From a virus (taxonomy: Duplodnaviria > Caudoviricetes): a stretch of 64,000 bases of DNA. Shown in pieces: positions 37,301-46,737 of this stretch. The notes beneath the pieces are model-generated. The model saw only the letters and a list, made by a program, of their open reading frames with translations. It was not told the DNA's origin and made no database searches. The DNA is taken from positions 177-64,176 of the IMG/VR virus record IMGVR_UViG_3300042465_007707, one strand, 5' to 3'. Each line of letters starts with the position of its first letter. The stretch's first letter is position 1. The position numbers were made by a program, and so were the translations under genes.

Positions 37301-39367
37301 TATTTCTACATTAGTCCCTTTAAGTCCTTTACCTATTAATGTTTCTAACTTGCTGTAAAAACTTGCTTTTTTCTTTTCAGACATCATTTCATCTGCACCA
37401 CCTTGATTCAATATTTCATAAAGTTCAGTCAAAAGTTCATTTTCAGTTTTTTGACTAAATCCTAATTTTGCAAAACCTTCGTAAGTTAATACAGTAATTG
37501 AACCCTCATCAAGTTTTCTTACATTATTATTTTCATCTAAAATTTCATCAGAATAATCAACACCTAAATTAAATAATCCATTTATTTTTCTATGTGGTAG
37601 TAATCCTTTTATCTCTGATAACCATTGTTTATAGGTTTGATTAGGCACTACTACAAAAGGTCTTTTTGAATATCCAGCAATAATAAATTGCTCCATAACC
37701 ATAATAGCTGACATTGTTTTACCTACACCCACATCGTATGCTAAACATCCACTACCTTCATTGAAAATGAAAGATACAGCTTCTCTTTTTTCTGGCTTAA
37801 TAATAAACGGCTGTTCGTCATAAAAACTTTCTGTTATATTAAAAGCTACTGGAATTTTTAAAAAATCTGGCTTTAAATAGTTATTAAACTGCGAGTTCCA
37901 TTGTGTTTCAATAGTAACTTTTTGCGATAAAGACAATTCTTCTTTAAGAAATAAAGAAAATAAACGATTACCTTCTTCTGTTGCTTTGGCTTTTGTTCGT
38001 GCAATTTGAGCCTTCCATTTTTCAACTTCTGAATCGTTTAAATAAGAAGGTGCTTGTTTAGACCTTTTTTCAATGTAATAGTATATTATATCATTATATG
38101 ATAAATTTCCCTTAATATCTAATTTATTTCTATTGATAGCAAGCCACAAACAATAGGCATCTGTTAAAGATAATTTATTAAATGTAGTTTGTTGGTAGCT
38201 TCTACCTTCTAATTTATAAAAATCTGGTTTCCCTTTATTTTCTGCTTTTCCAATTTCCCACCATTTAAAAACGTCAATAGAATTAGTATTTTCTATAAAA
38301 TTATTTTTAGCAAATTTTGAAATTGGTTTTAGAATCAAAGATTTTGCATCATCGTTTCCTGTAATCGTTAATCTATTATCATAAACTTTTTGAAAAGAAT
38401 TATTTAAAACAACTAACTGATTTTTTAATACATCTTCACCATAGGTTTTAGTAATAAAATCAATATCTTGACCAGAATTTTCTCCACCTTTAACTATCTT
38501 GCTTATTTTCTCGTAAATATCACCACTTGCATAAAGTGGTAATGGTAAATAACTTCCTTTATAGTAAAACAAAATACCTTCATTTACCCAGTCTTTTAGC
38601 TTTTCTTCTATTGATCTTGTGTCCTCACCATATTTAGCCATTAAATACCAATCTTCAGAAAGCTCTTGACCTATACTTTCTTTGTAGTATATATATGCTT
38701 TTAATTCCTCGTTGGATATATTTTCATTTAGGGCTTGATATACCTGTTGATATGTTTGTAATTTAGCAACAGGAGCTTCGTAATCCTCGTTAAGACTTTC
38801 TTCTTTTTTAACTTTTTTAGCGACAGCCTTTTTACCTATATCATTATTTGATCTTTCAATAATTTTAATTAAAAATTGTTCATTTTCAACCTTTAATATC
38901 TCTTGAGAAATCGTCATTTTAATATCACTAACTCCGATATTAATATTTTTAATAAATTGGTCGAAATCGTCTGGTGCATCAATATTAGTTAATACTGTTA
39001 TATCTCCAGTTAAAACTTGAATTTCTTTACCATATCTGCTTTTGTCAATTTTTATATTACCTAAAAGTTTCGTGTTATTTTTTTTATACCAATTACCACC
39101 GTATAAGTCCTCAATAGAATTATCTTCTTTATCAATAATATTAATTTCTTCTTCATCAATAACATCAATTTCTTTTTGTTCTGGGTATTTACCCAATATA
39201 AAATCTATTGCTTTTTGAAGGTATTGTTTATCTTCTTCAGATGCTGTTTCTATGCTTTCTCTAAACTCTTGAAGTTCGGATTTTACATCATCGGGCATTA
39301 AGATTCCACCGCCATTGAATTTTTTTATAGCGTGTTGAATATTTTTTGGAGAAATGTTATCTATCAT
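34325..39367 (-). CDS. DarB-like SNF2/SF2 helicase fused to C-terminal zeta-toxin-like P-loop kinase
   Basis: YDVGVGKT, DEAH, LTATPFTNSPLE, KEGINLQ, QLQGRIWRQ; C-terminal GGSPASGKSS, IDADEVRAKLPEY, YDGT, RYQKTGRFVP. Confidence 0.85.
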   Translation of the reverse strand: MIDNISPKNIQHAIKKFNGGGILMPDDVKSELQEFRESIETASEEDKQYLQKAIDFILGKYPEQKEIDVIDEEEINIIDKEDNSIEDLYGGNWYKKNNTKLLGNIKIDKSRYGKEIQVLTGDITVLTNIDAPDDFDQFIKNINIGVSDIKMTISQEILKVENEQFLIKIIERSNNDIGKKAVAKKVKKEESLNEDYEAPVAKLQTYQQVYQALNENISNEELKAYIYYKESIGQELSEDWYLMAKYGEDTRSIEEKLKDWVNEGILFYYKGSYLPLPLYASGDIYEKISKIVKGGENSGQDIDFITKTYGEDVLKNQLVVLNNSFQKVYDNRLTITGNDDAKSLILKPISKFAKNNFIENTNSIDVFKWWEIGKAENKGKPDFYKLEGRSYQQTTFNKLSLTDAYCLWLAINRNKLDIKGNLSYNDIIYYYIEKRSKQAPSYLNDSEVEKWKAQIARTKAKATEEGNRLFSLFLKEELSLSQKVTIETQWNSQFNNYLKPDFLKIPVAFNITESFYDEQPFIIKPEKREAVSFIFNEGSGCLAYDVGVGKTMSAIMVMEQFIIAGYSKRPFVVVPNQTYKQWLSEIKGLLPHRKINGLFNLGVDYSDEILDENNNVRKLDEGSITVLTYEGFAKLGFSQKTENELLTELYEILNQGGADEMMSEKKKASFYSKLETLIGKGLKGTNVEIEALGLDFVCFDEAHALKKVFTSVKGEAESSGKKAKQQYKIQSGSPSDTALKGFMISQYILKNNKNRNVLMLTATPFTNSPLEVFSMLSMVAYNQLDSLGLKNITDFFDNYIDVNSELIVNHKLQPQYKEIVKGFNNLPSLQKIILRYFNYKEGDDIGVIRPNKIVIPFTKKLVNNEVVRLSKEEEVTCNIEMSFAQKRFMSDVVSYAEGKIELGLIKHSNADDIDSEKLNDSSDEDTIDDDSLTDKEKSGVRALRSMNFARNIALSPYLYEYNDLGEPTYLDYINTSPKLKYVMECIRSIKKYHEEHNEPMSGQVIYMDRGLKYFNLIIDYLINEIGFEKHEVGQITAKMSVDKKRISQDSFLGRRYDEKTKEYENISDSQRMKILLGSSSIKEGINLQKKSTCLYNCFLDWNPTDMIQLQGRIWRQQNEFMNVRIVNPLMIDSIDIFMFQKLEEKTARINSIWSNDGKSVLKIEEIDPQEIKYALIKDPKVIALFEIEVKNTKIQDDINSLKSVQDRLIAYKSSLDTLSRYKDEIDELLTQIAPSKKDLDIIQKVNFLITFFKSEYPKDDFGKIIITDYDRRYAMDEILKKFKQEDISNVQRPFRPYWLDYSIESKRLVEKENKDLLNPRSIKVERIDSYIDESKQKVIALSEEVKFLASPEYVGKRTEEIILDREKNKYELKSVPTLVKEFERLNYLLSIKRLKEPKKEKLVYESCELLDGEGVRKIDDDSIKKLTECVESLPQTKSMHIDINGDYTEERKLLHYEIINELKEQINCLKDEQPIAILTGGSPASGKSSFLKTYAPYLLNDAIFKIDADEVRAKLPEYKGWNANSTHLETKDIINTLLTDKEIGVPCQFDMIYDGTMNSTKNYLPLIGTLKRLGYKVFIVYMDKVPYKEVKERMLSRYQKTGRFVPVSVIDDFFSKGKEALDELKNVVDGYMVIDASTRDYNVLEKGGMEIPNDRNYENISEPNKVARIKQKLIQLAKLI

Positions 39368-41523
39368 AGGTATTTTATTGCTTTTTTAAGACTTTCTATA
39401 AGTTTATCGGGCTTGTCAGTATATTTACCTGCCTTTTCTAAAATGTCTATCCTTTTTTGTAGTTTTTCTTTTTCTGAACTAATTTCCAAAGGTAACACAT
39501 TTTTATCAAATTTTTCTTTTATGTTAATTGATTTAATTACGGATTCGTCTGTTTCTTTAACGAAAATAGTATCGAATATCTCGTCTGGAGTTAAATTATT
39601 TCCAAATAAACCTGATCCGCTATTTTCGTCCACACCCTTATTATATTTTAACAAAGCATTTTTAAAGGAGTTAGCTTTTTGATTTAAAAACCAATTTATT
39701 ATAATTGCCTTTTCAGTTTTTAAGTCCTCATCGTCCTCAAATATACTTTGTTCTGTAACGTATTGCTTAACCGACTTATAGTTGTTTAAAACCATTTGAT
39801 TTTGAATAAGCATAGCTTTGTTAAGATCCTCTATTAAACTACCTTCCTTAAATGATTTATTTTTAATTAAAGGTATAATAGCATTAACAACATTTTTAGT
39901 TACCGACTTGATACCTTCATTTTGGCTTATTTCAATAGCATCTGAATTTAAAACAAGACTTACCAAAATAGTTTCGTAAAAAACCTTTCCATTTTCAGTT
40001 AGAGAAGTATCAGTAAACAGATTTGATATTTCATTTTCTGTTATTATTCCACATTCTAAAATTGTTTTTTTAAACCTATTTACGGCATTTCTATCATTGT
40101 ATAGTTCACTAACTATATCTTGTTCTGAAATAATTGAAATTAAAGCATTTCTACACCCTTCATTATCTTTTATTTGTTGAGATAGTCTAATACCTAAATC
40201 TATTTGTCTTTCAGACTTTGCTGTAGATTTATTATACCTATTTAGTTCTGAAGTTACATAGGAGTTAAAATCAAGATCAAACCTAACTAAAACTGGTTGT
40301 TTAAATTTAGCATAAACTTGCTCCATATTAATTCCATACCCACCATATTTTAATTCATTATATAGTGTTTTAACGTATGAATCATAATTTTGTTTATAGT
40401 TTTTTGTTGCTAACTTTAAACTCATTACCCTATTATTACCACTTACTACAATACCATCTATTGTAATTATAGGAGTTCCATTAGCTGTAGGGCTTGTAGT
40501 TATTATAATTTCTGGAGTTAATTTTTCTGCTACCGAAATAACTTTAGCTTGTGCGTTTTTATCACCAGAATAATTCCTATCGTTCACATTCCTTCCTTTA
40601 TCATCAGTAGGGTAATTTTCAGAATTACCAAAAGTTTGTTCGTTATGAGATGCTATTATATTTTCTAATTCAACAACAGCAAAAATAGATTTGTTCTTTT
40701 TATTATCAGGAAAAACAAGCTCTCTTTCTCTACCTAAAACTATATTCGTTTCTAAAAAGTTTTTTCTATATCCTATTTTAAAAAATCCTTCGTTTTTTAA
40801 TTTCGATATGTTTATTTCAGTTAAAAGATCAATGTTTGAAACGTTATTTTCTTCTATTGGTTCTGTTGGTTTAAAATCTAATTTTGATTCAATATCTTTT
40901 ATTTCTGGTATTTTTTCTTCGTCAAAAACAAAAGTTGTTAAAGGTTTTGCTTGGTATCTATCTTCTTTATAGTCTATATTATTTTTAAGCCAAGATTCTT
41001 TTGAATTTAATTTAACAGCATAATATAACTCTTTGAAATTAGTAACAGCACCTATTTTTGTATCTGTTTTTCCTTTGTATAAATTCTTATTTTTCCAATT
41101 ATCTTCGTTTATGACACCATTTAATATTTTAAAATAATCAATGTTATCTCTACCTATTATTCCGTCAAAAGAAAAATTATTACTTTTTAATTCTTTTTTT
41201 TCATTATAATAAACCCATAAATCAAAAAATGATTGTTGGTTTTTGCTATATTCACATTTTTGCAGTTCAGATGCAATTTTAGATATTAAATCTTCTAAAC
41301 TTTTTTCTTTTGTTGAACCAGCATATCTTACATAAGTTTCTATATTACAACCGAAATTATCAATTTTCCACTTTATAAATTCCTCACCCATTAAATCGGG
41401 CGTTTTTATTCTCGAATTATAAGAACCTTTGTCATAGCCAGAGGTCATTCTATTATAGCTTACGCCAAATTTATTTATTAAAATTTCGGCTTCTTTTTTC
41501 CAATAATCGTAATCTTTATACAT
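39364..41523 (-). CDS. DdrB-like ParB-domain protein
   Basis: AVVELENIIASH, NDRNY, GTPII..DGIVVSGNNR, PVLVR motifs. Confidence 0.7.
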   Translation of the reverse strand: MYKDYDYWKKEAEILINKFGVSYNRMTSGYDKGSYNSRIKTPDLMGEEFIKWKIDNFGCNIETYVRYAGSTKEKSLEDLISKIASELQKCEYSKNQQSFFDLWVYYNEKKELKSNNFSFDGIIGRDNIDYFKILNGVINEDNWKNKNLYKGKTDTKIGAVTNFKELYYAVKLNSKESWLKNNIDYKEDRYQAKPLTTFVFDEEKIPEIKDIESKLDFKPTEPIEENNVSNIDLLTEINISKLKNEGFFKIGYRKNFLETNIVLGRERELVFPDNKKNKSIFAVVELENIIASHNEQTFGNSENYPTDDKGRNVNDRNYSGDKNAQAKVISVAEKLTPEIIITTSPTANGTPIITIDGIVVSGNNRVMSLKLATKNYKQNYDSYVKTLYNELKYGGYGINMEQVYAKFKQPVLVRFDLDFNSYVTSELNRYNKSTAKSERQIDLGIRLSQQIKDNEGCRNALISIISEQDIVSELYNDRNAVNRFKKTILECGIITENEISNLFTDTSLTENGKVFYETILVSLVLNSDAIEISQNEGIKSVTKNVVNAIIPLIKNKSFKEGSLIEDLNKAMLIQNQMVLNNYKSVKQYVTEQSIFEDDEDLKTEKAIIINWFLNQKANSFKNALLKYNKGVDENSGSGLFGNNLTPDEIFDTIFVKETDESVIKSINIKEKFDKNVLPLEISSEKEKLQKRIDILEKAGKYTDKPDKLIESLKKAIKYL

Positions 41524-41525
41524 TA

Positions 41526-41744
41526 TTAATCAATATTATTAACTGAATAAAGTCTTTCAACTTCTACTATTGCTTCCGAAATATTGATTTTCCTTGACAA
41601 AATCGTTTCAGCTATTGTTTGTAATAAAGCATTTCTCAATTCAATATTAGAGTAGTTGTAACAAACTACAGGAGTAACAGATGAATCGCAAAATTCTAAC
41701 TCTGTTTGAATCTGAATGTAAAGTTTTTCTAGTAAATTTTCCAT
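41526..41744 (-). CDS. hypothetical protein
   Basis: Small ORF tightly packed in the Dar-like operon. Confidence 0.65.
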   Translation of the reverse strand: MENLLEKLYIQIQTELEFCDSSVTPVVCYNYSNIELRNALLQTIAETILSRKINISEAIVEVERLYSVNNID

Positions 41745-41747
41745 TTT

Positions 41748-42980
41748 TTATCTTTTTTTAAATACAACAATTTCAGACGATACGCCAGTTCTTTCAAATA
41801 TATTAATAGGTAATCTGTAGGCATCTATTAAATCAGCTTTTTCAAATATAATTTCTTTAACCTTTGATAATGGCGAATCTAAAAATAATGATCCACCATT
41901 ATATTGTTCAGCACCTACAATGTATATTAAAAGTCCACCTTGAACTAATAAATCTAATCCCCTTGTAATAAAATACTCAGTAAAGTTACCTGCTTTAGTA
42001 AAAGAATCCTCTCCCATAGCTATATATTTAGAATCTAGTTTACCATAAGGCGGATTTCCTATAACTAACGAATATTTATCTAAATTTTCAGTTTTGTTTT
42101 TAATTGTCATATTGCCTTTTAAGAAGTTTTGCTCAAAATATTTTAGTTCTACTTTAGCGTTTGGATATAGTATTTCACAAATTTTAACTGAGTATTCATT
42201 GATTTCATTTGCTACCAACTTAACGTCTTTAGGCGCATATTTTAAAAAAGCACCTATACCAACTGAAGGCTCAAAAACAGAATTGTCTGCTATCGTTCCA
42301 TATCCATATTTATAAGCCAAAGCCCACATTTTTTTTACAACTGCATCAGGAGTATAAAATTCATACATTAACCCTTTCATTCGTTCTATTCCTATTTCAC
42401 CAAACTTTTCAAGTCCACCATATCCAGAATAATAAGATATAAACTCTAGTTCATCATTAGAATAGTTGTCGCTATCTCCTTTTTGTTCTAAAAGCCTTTC
42501 GATTGCTTTATTTATTTCATACGGATTTTTATAGCTTTCAATATCAGTTTTAATTTCTGGTATTAATTCTTCTTCAATATCTTCTTCTTCATCAATATCT
42601 TCACCAATTATTTTAGATAATTTTTTTGGATCAAAATAAAAATCTAATTCTGTATAATTTTTAAGTTCCTCAATATCTATATAACCTAATTCAGCATCTT
42701 CCATATCTCCATTTAGAATAGTGAATCCAAACGCTTGTAATTGTTCTTCCTCAATATCTTTCTCTAATATGTACCAATCACTAGACGAACTGAAGTAATG
42801 TAAATAAGCTATTTTTTGTAATTTCGGTATTCCGTCCGTTTCGTATGTTTTCGGCATAGTAGTAATAGTTGTGTATAAATCATCTATTACTTCATTATAG
42901 CTATCTAAATTGCTTTTAACTACTTCATATTGCCCTTTTCCGAAAAACGGCTTTACAACCTTTAATTTATCTATTTCCAT
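41748..42980 (-). CDS. N6-adenine DNA methyltransferase (DarB-type) with N-terminal DUF2958-like domain
   Basis: YSGYGGL, EFYTP, FEPSVGIGAF (motif I), IGNPPY (motif IV); N-terminal DWYILE..AFG..ELGYIDIEEL. Confidence 0.85.
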   Translation of the reverse strand: MEIDKLKVVKPFFGKGQYEVVKSNLDSYNEVIDDLYTTITTMPKTYETDGIPKLQKIAYLHYFSSSSDWYILEKDIEEEQLQAFGFTILNGDMEDAELGYIDIEELKNYTELDFYFDPKKLSKIIGEDIDEEEDIEEELIPEIKTDIESYKNPYEINKAIERLLEQKGDSDNYSNDELEFISYYSGYGGLEKFGEIGIERMKGLMYEFYTPDAVVKKMWALAYKYGYGTIADNSVFEPSVGIGAFLKYAPKDVKLVANEINEYSVKICEILYPNAKVELKYFEQNFLKGNMTIKNKTENLDKYSLVIGNPPYGKLDSKYIAMGEDSFTKAGNFTEYFITRGLDLLVQGGLLIYIVGAEQYNGGSLFLDSPLSKVKEIIFEKADLIDAYRLPINIFERTGVSSEIVVFKKR

Positions 42981-42992
42981 TTTGTTTTATTT

Positions 42993-45305
42993 TTATACAA
43001 TGTTAATCAAAAGTTTTAACCCTCGTATCTGTTTTTCTATAATATTTTTTTGATCCCCTTCAAGCATAGGTACTAACAATTCTAAACCACGAACCTGAGT
43101 TTCTAAAATTGATTCTTCGCTTTCTTGTTCTATTGTTTCGTGTTTTAAAGCTTTTTCAAACTCATCAATACTTTTCTTTTCTGTTTTTTTATCCCTTCCA
43201 TCAATAGAACCTAAAGAATAAGCTTCAATTGATTTAGCCCCATTAAAATCTGGAACATAACCAAATTGATACGCTGTGTTTTCATATCCTTTTGTGTAAA
43301 AATCGTATAGTTCAACTATATCTTCATTTTCCTTTTCCATTTTAGCTAGATCCTCGTAATATTCTGGATTCTCCTTAATATGTGTTTTTGCCGTTTCAAC
43401 AACTGCTTGTTCTGGTGTTAATTTACGTTCAGCTACCTTTTTTAATGTAGCCAAATGTTCCATTTCGTGTTCAGTTCCTTTTGCTAGTTCTCCACCACCT
43501 TTGAATTTTTTAGTTTTAATATATTCTTTTGCGTCTTCAATGTAAGTTTCTATTTCATCAATTACACTATCAAAAGAATCATCACCACTAAAATATATTT
43601 GAGGTCTATTTTGTTGAAACCTTCCCCTTGTAGCATCTTTATTTGCTATAACAACCGATAAGCTCCTATCTATACCATAAGGTAGATTAGATTCATTTTG
43701 TGAATGATCCGCAATCCTTAATTGAATAGAACCTATTGAATCATTTTCTTCGTTTGTATCGTCCTCTGAATAAACATCAATAGTGTTATACTTATAATTT
43801 CCGAATTTATTTTTAGCCCACTCTTGAACTTCATCTAATAAATCTTCTGAACTGGAATTAATAGCTGAAACAACTCTATTTTCAATGTTTTCAAATTCTC
43901 CTTCTTCAGTTAATTCATAGTAATAAGAATCATCATAATATTCTTCAATTGGATAATCGTCTATACTTTCTTCCTCATCTAATTCATAAATAAATTTATA
44001 TTTATCAATCTTTTTTTCTAATGAAACGCTAAATTCACTATCTCCAAAATCACCAATAGTAGCCCCTTCGTATTCACTTTTAGCATCTTCGTAACTCATT
44101 GTTACAAGTTTAATTTCAGAATCATCGTCCGTATCAAATCTAACTTGGTAAAGTTCTAATTCAACTTCGTCACCAATTCCACCACCACCTTTGAATTTCT
44201 TCTCTGAATTAGGCATCCTTTTCATTGAATAAAAATCGCTATTTACTACAAATCCAAATTTACTATAATAGTTGATTAGATATTCCTTCGTAATTTTAGA
44301 TTTCTTTTCTTCGTTGTCTAAAAAGTAAGTGTGTTTAGGGCTTGGTTCTAAATAAATAGTAACCTTAAACTCGTCTGCTTTATCAACTATTTTTTGTAAA
44401 TATTTTTTAGCATCAATTGATTGATTTTTTTTCTCAAAAACATCTAAAATAACAACATTATTTTCTTTGTAAGGTTGGATTTCATTTGGCAAAGAAAAAG
44501 AAATATTCATTTCATCTGAAATCGGCTTATACCAATCAATAAACCATTTACTAAATGATTGTACACCTTGTATTCCACCACCACCTTCAAATTTTTTAGT
44601 AGGTTTGTGTCCCCAGATTAATAGGGCTGTATGTTTTCTAGTTTTACGACCTTTATCATCGTAAAGCTCACCTTTCATACCACTCATTCGCTTGATAAAT
44701 GATATTTGCTTTTTAGCCCAACGCCACATATCAGAACTCCATAGTTTATATGGTATATCCTTCATTTTCATTAGCCACCTTGCGGATTCTCTACCTGAAT
44801 CAATACCTTGCTTGTTCGCTTCAGATTCACTCAATCCTGCTTGTTTTCCTTCTGGTGAATTATAGAAATTTGTTATCTCAGATTTACTCATATTTACAAG
44901 TGACTTCCACTCGGCATAAGTTTCAGCATCTAATTTTTTGCCTTCTGGTGTGTTGTAAAAAGCTTTTAGCTCAGATGGTGTCATGTTGGATATATTACCA
45001 CCTTGTATATATTTAGCCAGAATTTCAGCTTCTTCATCACCAATAGCAACACCATTTCCTTCCATTTGATTTAATGTAGAAAGTATTTCTTTTGGCGTTC
45101 CTTTTACGGTTAAAACCTTGTCAGATTGAACGGTCTTTTTGTTTATTATAACCTCGTTCCCTTCAAGTTCTACAGGAGTACCACCTTGGTCGGTTACAAT
45201 AGCTTTAATACCACCTAGTGAATTGCCCTCTGAATCGTAATGTGCTTTGCCTTTCAGCATACCGCCTTTTGATCCATTATTAGTTTCGAAAAATCTTTTA
45301 GCCAT
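42993..45305 (-). CDS. polyvalent protein (GG..G..H..GGI..ELEG domain, DUF3140-like, GNAT-like, acidic/RIADH domain, DUF5661-like)
   Basis: VNMS..E..SGRES..WGHKP; KIVDKADE..YLEP..YYSKFGF; KGTEHEMEH..HIKENPEYYEDL; domains separated by YIQGG, FEGGGG, FKGGGG, FKGGG. Confidence 0.75.
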   Translation of the reverse strand: MAKRFFETNNGSKGGMLKGKAHYDSEGNSLGGIKAIVTDQGGTPVELEGNEVIINKKTVQSDKVLTVKGTPKEILSTLNQMEGNGVAIGDEEAEILAKYIQGGNISNMTPSELKAFYNTPEGKKLDAETYAEWKSLVNMSKSEITNFYNSPEGKQAGLSESEANKQGIDSGRESARWLMKMKDIPYKLWSSDMWRWAKKQISFIKRMSGMKGELYDDKGRKTRKHTALLIWGHKPTKKFEGGGGIQGVQSFSKWFIDWYKPISDEMNISFSLPNEIQPYKENNVVILDVFEKKNQSIDAKKYLQKIVDKADEFKVTIYLEPSPKHTYFLDNEEKKSKITKEYLINYYSKFGFVVNSDFYSMKRMPNSEKKFKGGGGIGDEVELELYQVRFDTDDDSEIKLVTMSYEDAKSEYEGATIGDFGDSEFSVSLEKKIDKYKFIYELDEEESIDDYPIEEYYDDSYYYELTEEGEFENIENRVVSAINSSSEDLLDEVQEWAKNKFGNYKYNTIDVYSEDDTNEENDSIGSIQLRIADHSQNESNLPYGIDRSLSVVIANKDATRGRFQQNRPQIYFSGDDSFDSVIDEIETYIEDAKEYIKTKKFKGGGELAKGTEHEMEHLATLKKVAERKLTPEQAVVETAKTHIKENPEYYEDLAKMEKENEDIVELYDFYTKGYENTAYQFGYVPDFNGAKSIEAYSLGSIDGRDKKTEKKSIDEFEKALKHETIEQESEESILETQVRGLELLVPMLEGDQKNIIEKQIRGLKLLINIV

Positions 45306-45430
45306 AAAATATAAAATATAGACAAATTTACCTTTAATTATTTTATTTACGAAATTTTGATTATATTTGACCTCGTAGGCTCAACGCCTACATTCTTTAC
45401 TATTCTTGTCGGAATTACTTGTTGAAGAAA

Positions 45431-45466
45431 AAAAAGTAGGATAACGCTCGTTGTCCTACTTTTTTG
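45431..45466 (-). terminator. intrinsic terminator
   Basis: AAAAAGTAGGA/TCCTACTTTTT stem flanked by A and T runs. Confidence 0.7.
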
Positions 45467-45475
45467 TTTTAATGC

Positions 45476-45700
45476 TTATCTAATAAATCTCCTTCTGGAA
45501 CTTTTTATCTTCCTTGCTTTTTTAATAGCTTTTGACGAGTTTTTCCTTTGCTTTATCATTTTCTTTTTTGAAAACTTATCATAGTTTGAAATAATTTTTT
45601 CACGATTCTCTTTATCTTGATTGTGAGAAACCCCTTTGTTGTAGTTTAAACCACTGTAGCAGGACATTAAAAGTAAAAGCAATAAGAATATGAGTTTCAT
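45476..45700 (-). CDS. small basic lipoprotein
   Basis: MKLIFLLLLLLMSC lipobox-like signal; Lys/Arg-rich. Confidence 0.6.
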   Translation of the reverse strand: MKLIFLLLLLLMSCYSGLNYNKGVSHNQDKENREKIISNYDKFSKKKMIKQRKNSSKAIKKARKIKSSRRRFIR

Positions 45701-45778
45701 TATTTTTCGTCCTCTTCAGGTGATTTATTGAATTGTTTTATTCTAATTTGGATCAATTCATTTTCAGATTTAACTTGT

Positions 45779-46171
45779 TCAGTTGATTTGCTCATTAATT
45801 ACATTTTTTAAACTCCATATAAAGTTTGGTTGATTATACCTACCCATTTTTTTTTCTCCTGTCATGTTTAAAATACCATGATCCGTTAGCTTTGTCATAG
45901 CACGTCTAATTGAAGTTATAGGAACTGAATCATAAAGTTTTTCGTAAGCTTCTAAAACTTCATAAGGAGTCATTCCATTGCCGTTTTCTCTGATTATAGA
46001 TTCAACCCTAGATTCTTGATTTTTATCGTTTAAAACAATTCTTTTCCCCCTTACTTCAGGAACAGTAGTAAAATTATCTTTAACGATTGCCGTTGCTCCT
46101 TGGTTGCTGCCGAATAAAGTATTCTCAGTAACTAAAATCCCTTCTTTATTTCTTTTAAAAAAACTAAACAT
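45779..46171 (-). CDS. winged-HTH protein
   Basis: MTPYEV...ITSIRRAMTKLTDHG.L..TGEK..G.Y....WSL. Confidence 0.7.
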   Translation of the reverse strand: MFSFFKRNKEGILVTENTLFGSNQGATAIVKDNFTTVPEVRGKRIVLNDKNQESRVESIIRENGNGMTPYEVLEAYEKLYDSVPITSIRRAMTKLTDHGILNMTGEKKMGRYNQPNFIWSLKNVINEQIN

Positions 46172-46221
46172 AACTTTGAATTTAAAAATTAGGGAGGGTT
46201 TAATCTCCCTAAAAATGAATA

Positions 46222-46707
46222 TTAATTTTCTTCTACTACTTCAGGTGCTACTCTTGAAATTTCTTTATCCAGTTCTTCTTTATATGGAAAAACGTCAACG
46301 ATTGGCGAAATTGATACTGATAATATTGTATAATCAGCAATTAAGTGAGTTAAAGATTCTTTTAAGTTATCGCAAGCGTTAGAAACTGAATCCGCTTTTA
46401 CTAAATATTTAGCTTTAATCATTTTTATTTTATCGCTTTCTAAAGTAGCATCCTGCATTGAAGCTATAATTACATACCAGTCATCATGATTTTCGTAATC
46501 GAAAATATCAACTATAGGAAAAGGAACTAAACCTACTACTGAAAATTCACCACGAATTGTACTACCTAGCTCTTCATAAACCCTGCTTTCTGCATCCGTA
46601 TAGCTTAATGCTGAAAATAAATGAGTATCTGTAACTCTTTTGAAAGTACCATCTTCGCTTTGTTTTGTGTACTTTACTTTTCCTTGAAACCAATTGTTTG
46701 TTGTCAT
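46222..46707 (-). CDS. DUF4494 protein (Bacteroidota-type)
   Basis: WFQGKVKY.K..EDG..KRVT...L.SA.SYTDAE; YLVKA; IVDVFPY. Confidence 0.8.
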   Translation of the reverse strand: MTTNNWFQGKVKYTKQSEDGTFKRVTDTHLFSALSYTDAESRVYEELGSTIRGEFSVVGLVPFPIVDIFDYENHDDWYVIIASMQDATLESDKIKMIKAKYLVKADSVSNACDNLKESLTHLIADYTILSVSISPIVDVFPYKEELDKEISRVAPEVVEEN

Positions 46708-46737
46708 AATTGTCTGTTTTTATTTATTATTACTTGT

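Noticed and set aside
34325-42980. Host type I/III restriction-modification system
   Set aside because: No HsdS or nuclease motif recognised; motif order and DdrB-like neighbour fit phage Dar-like proteins better
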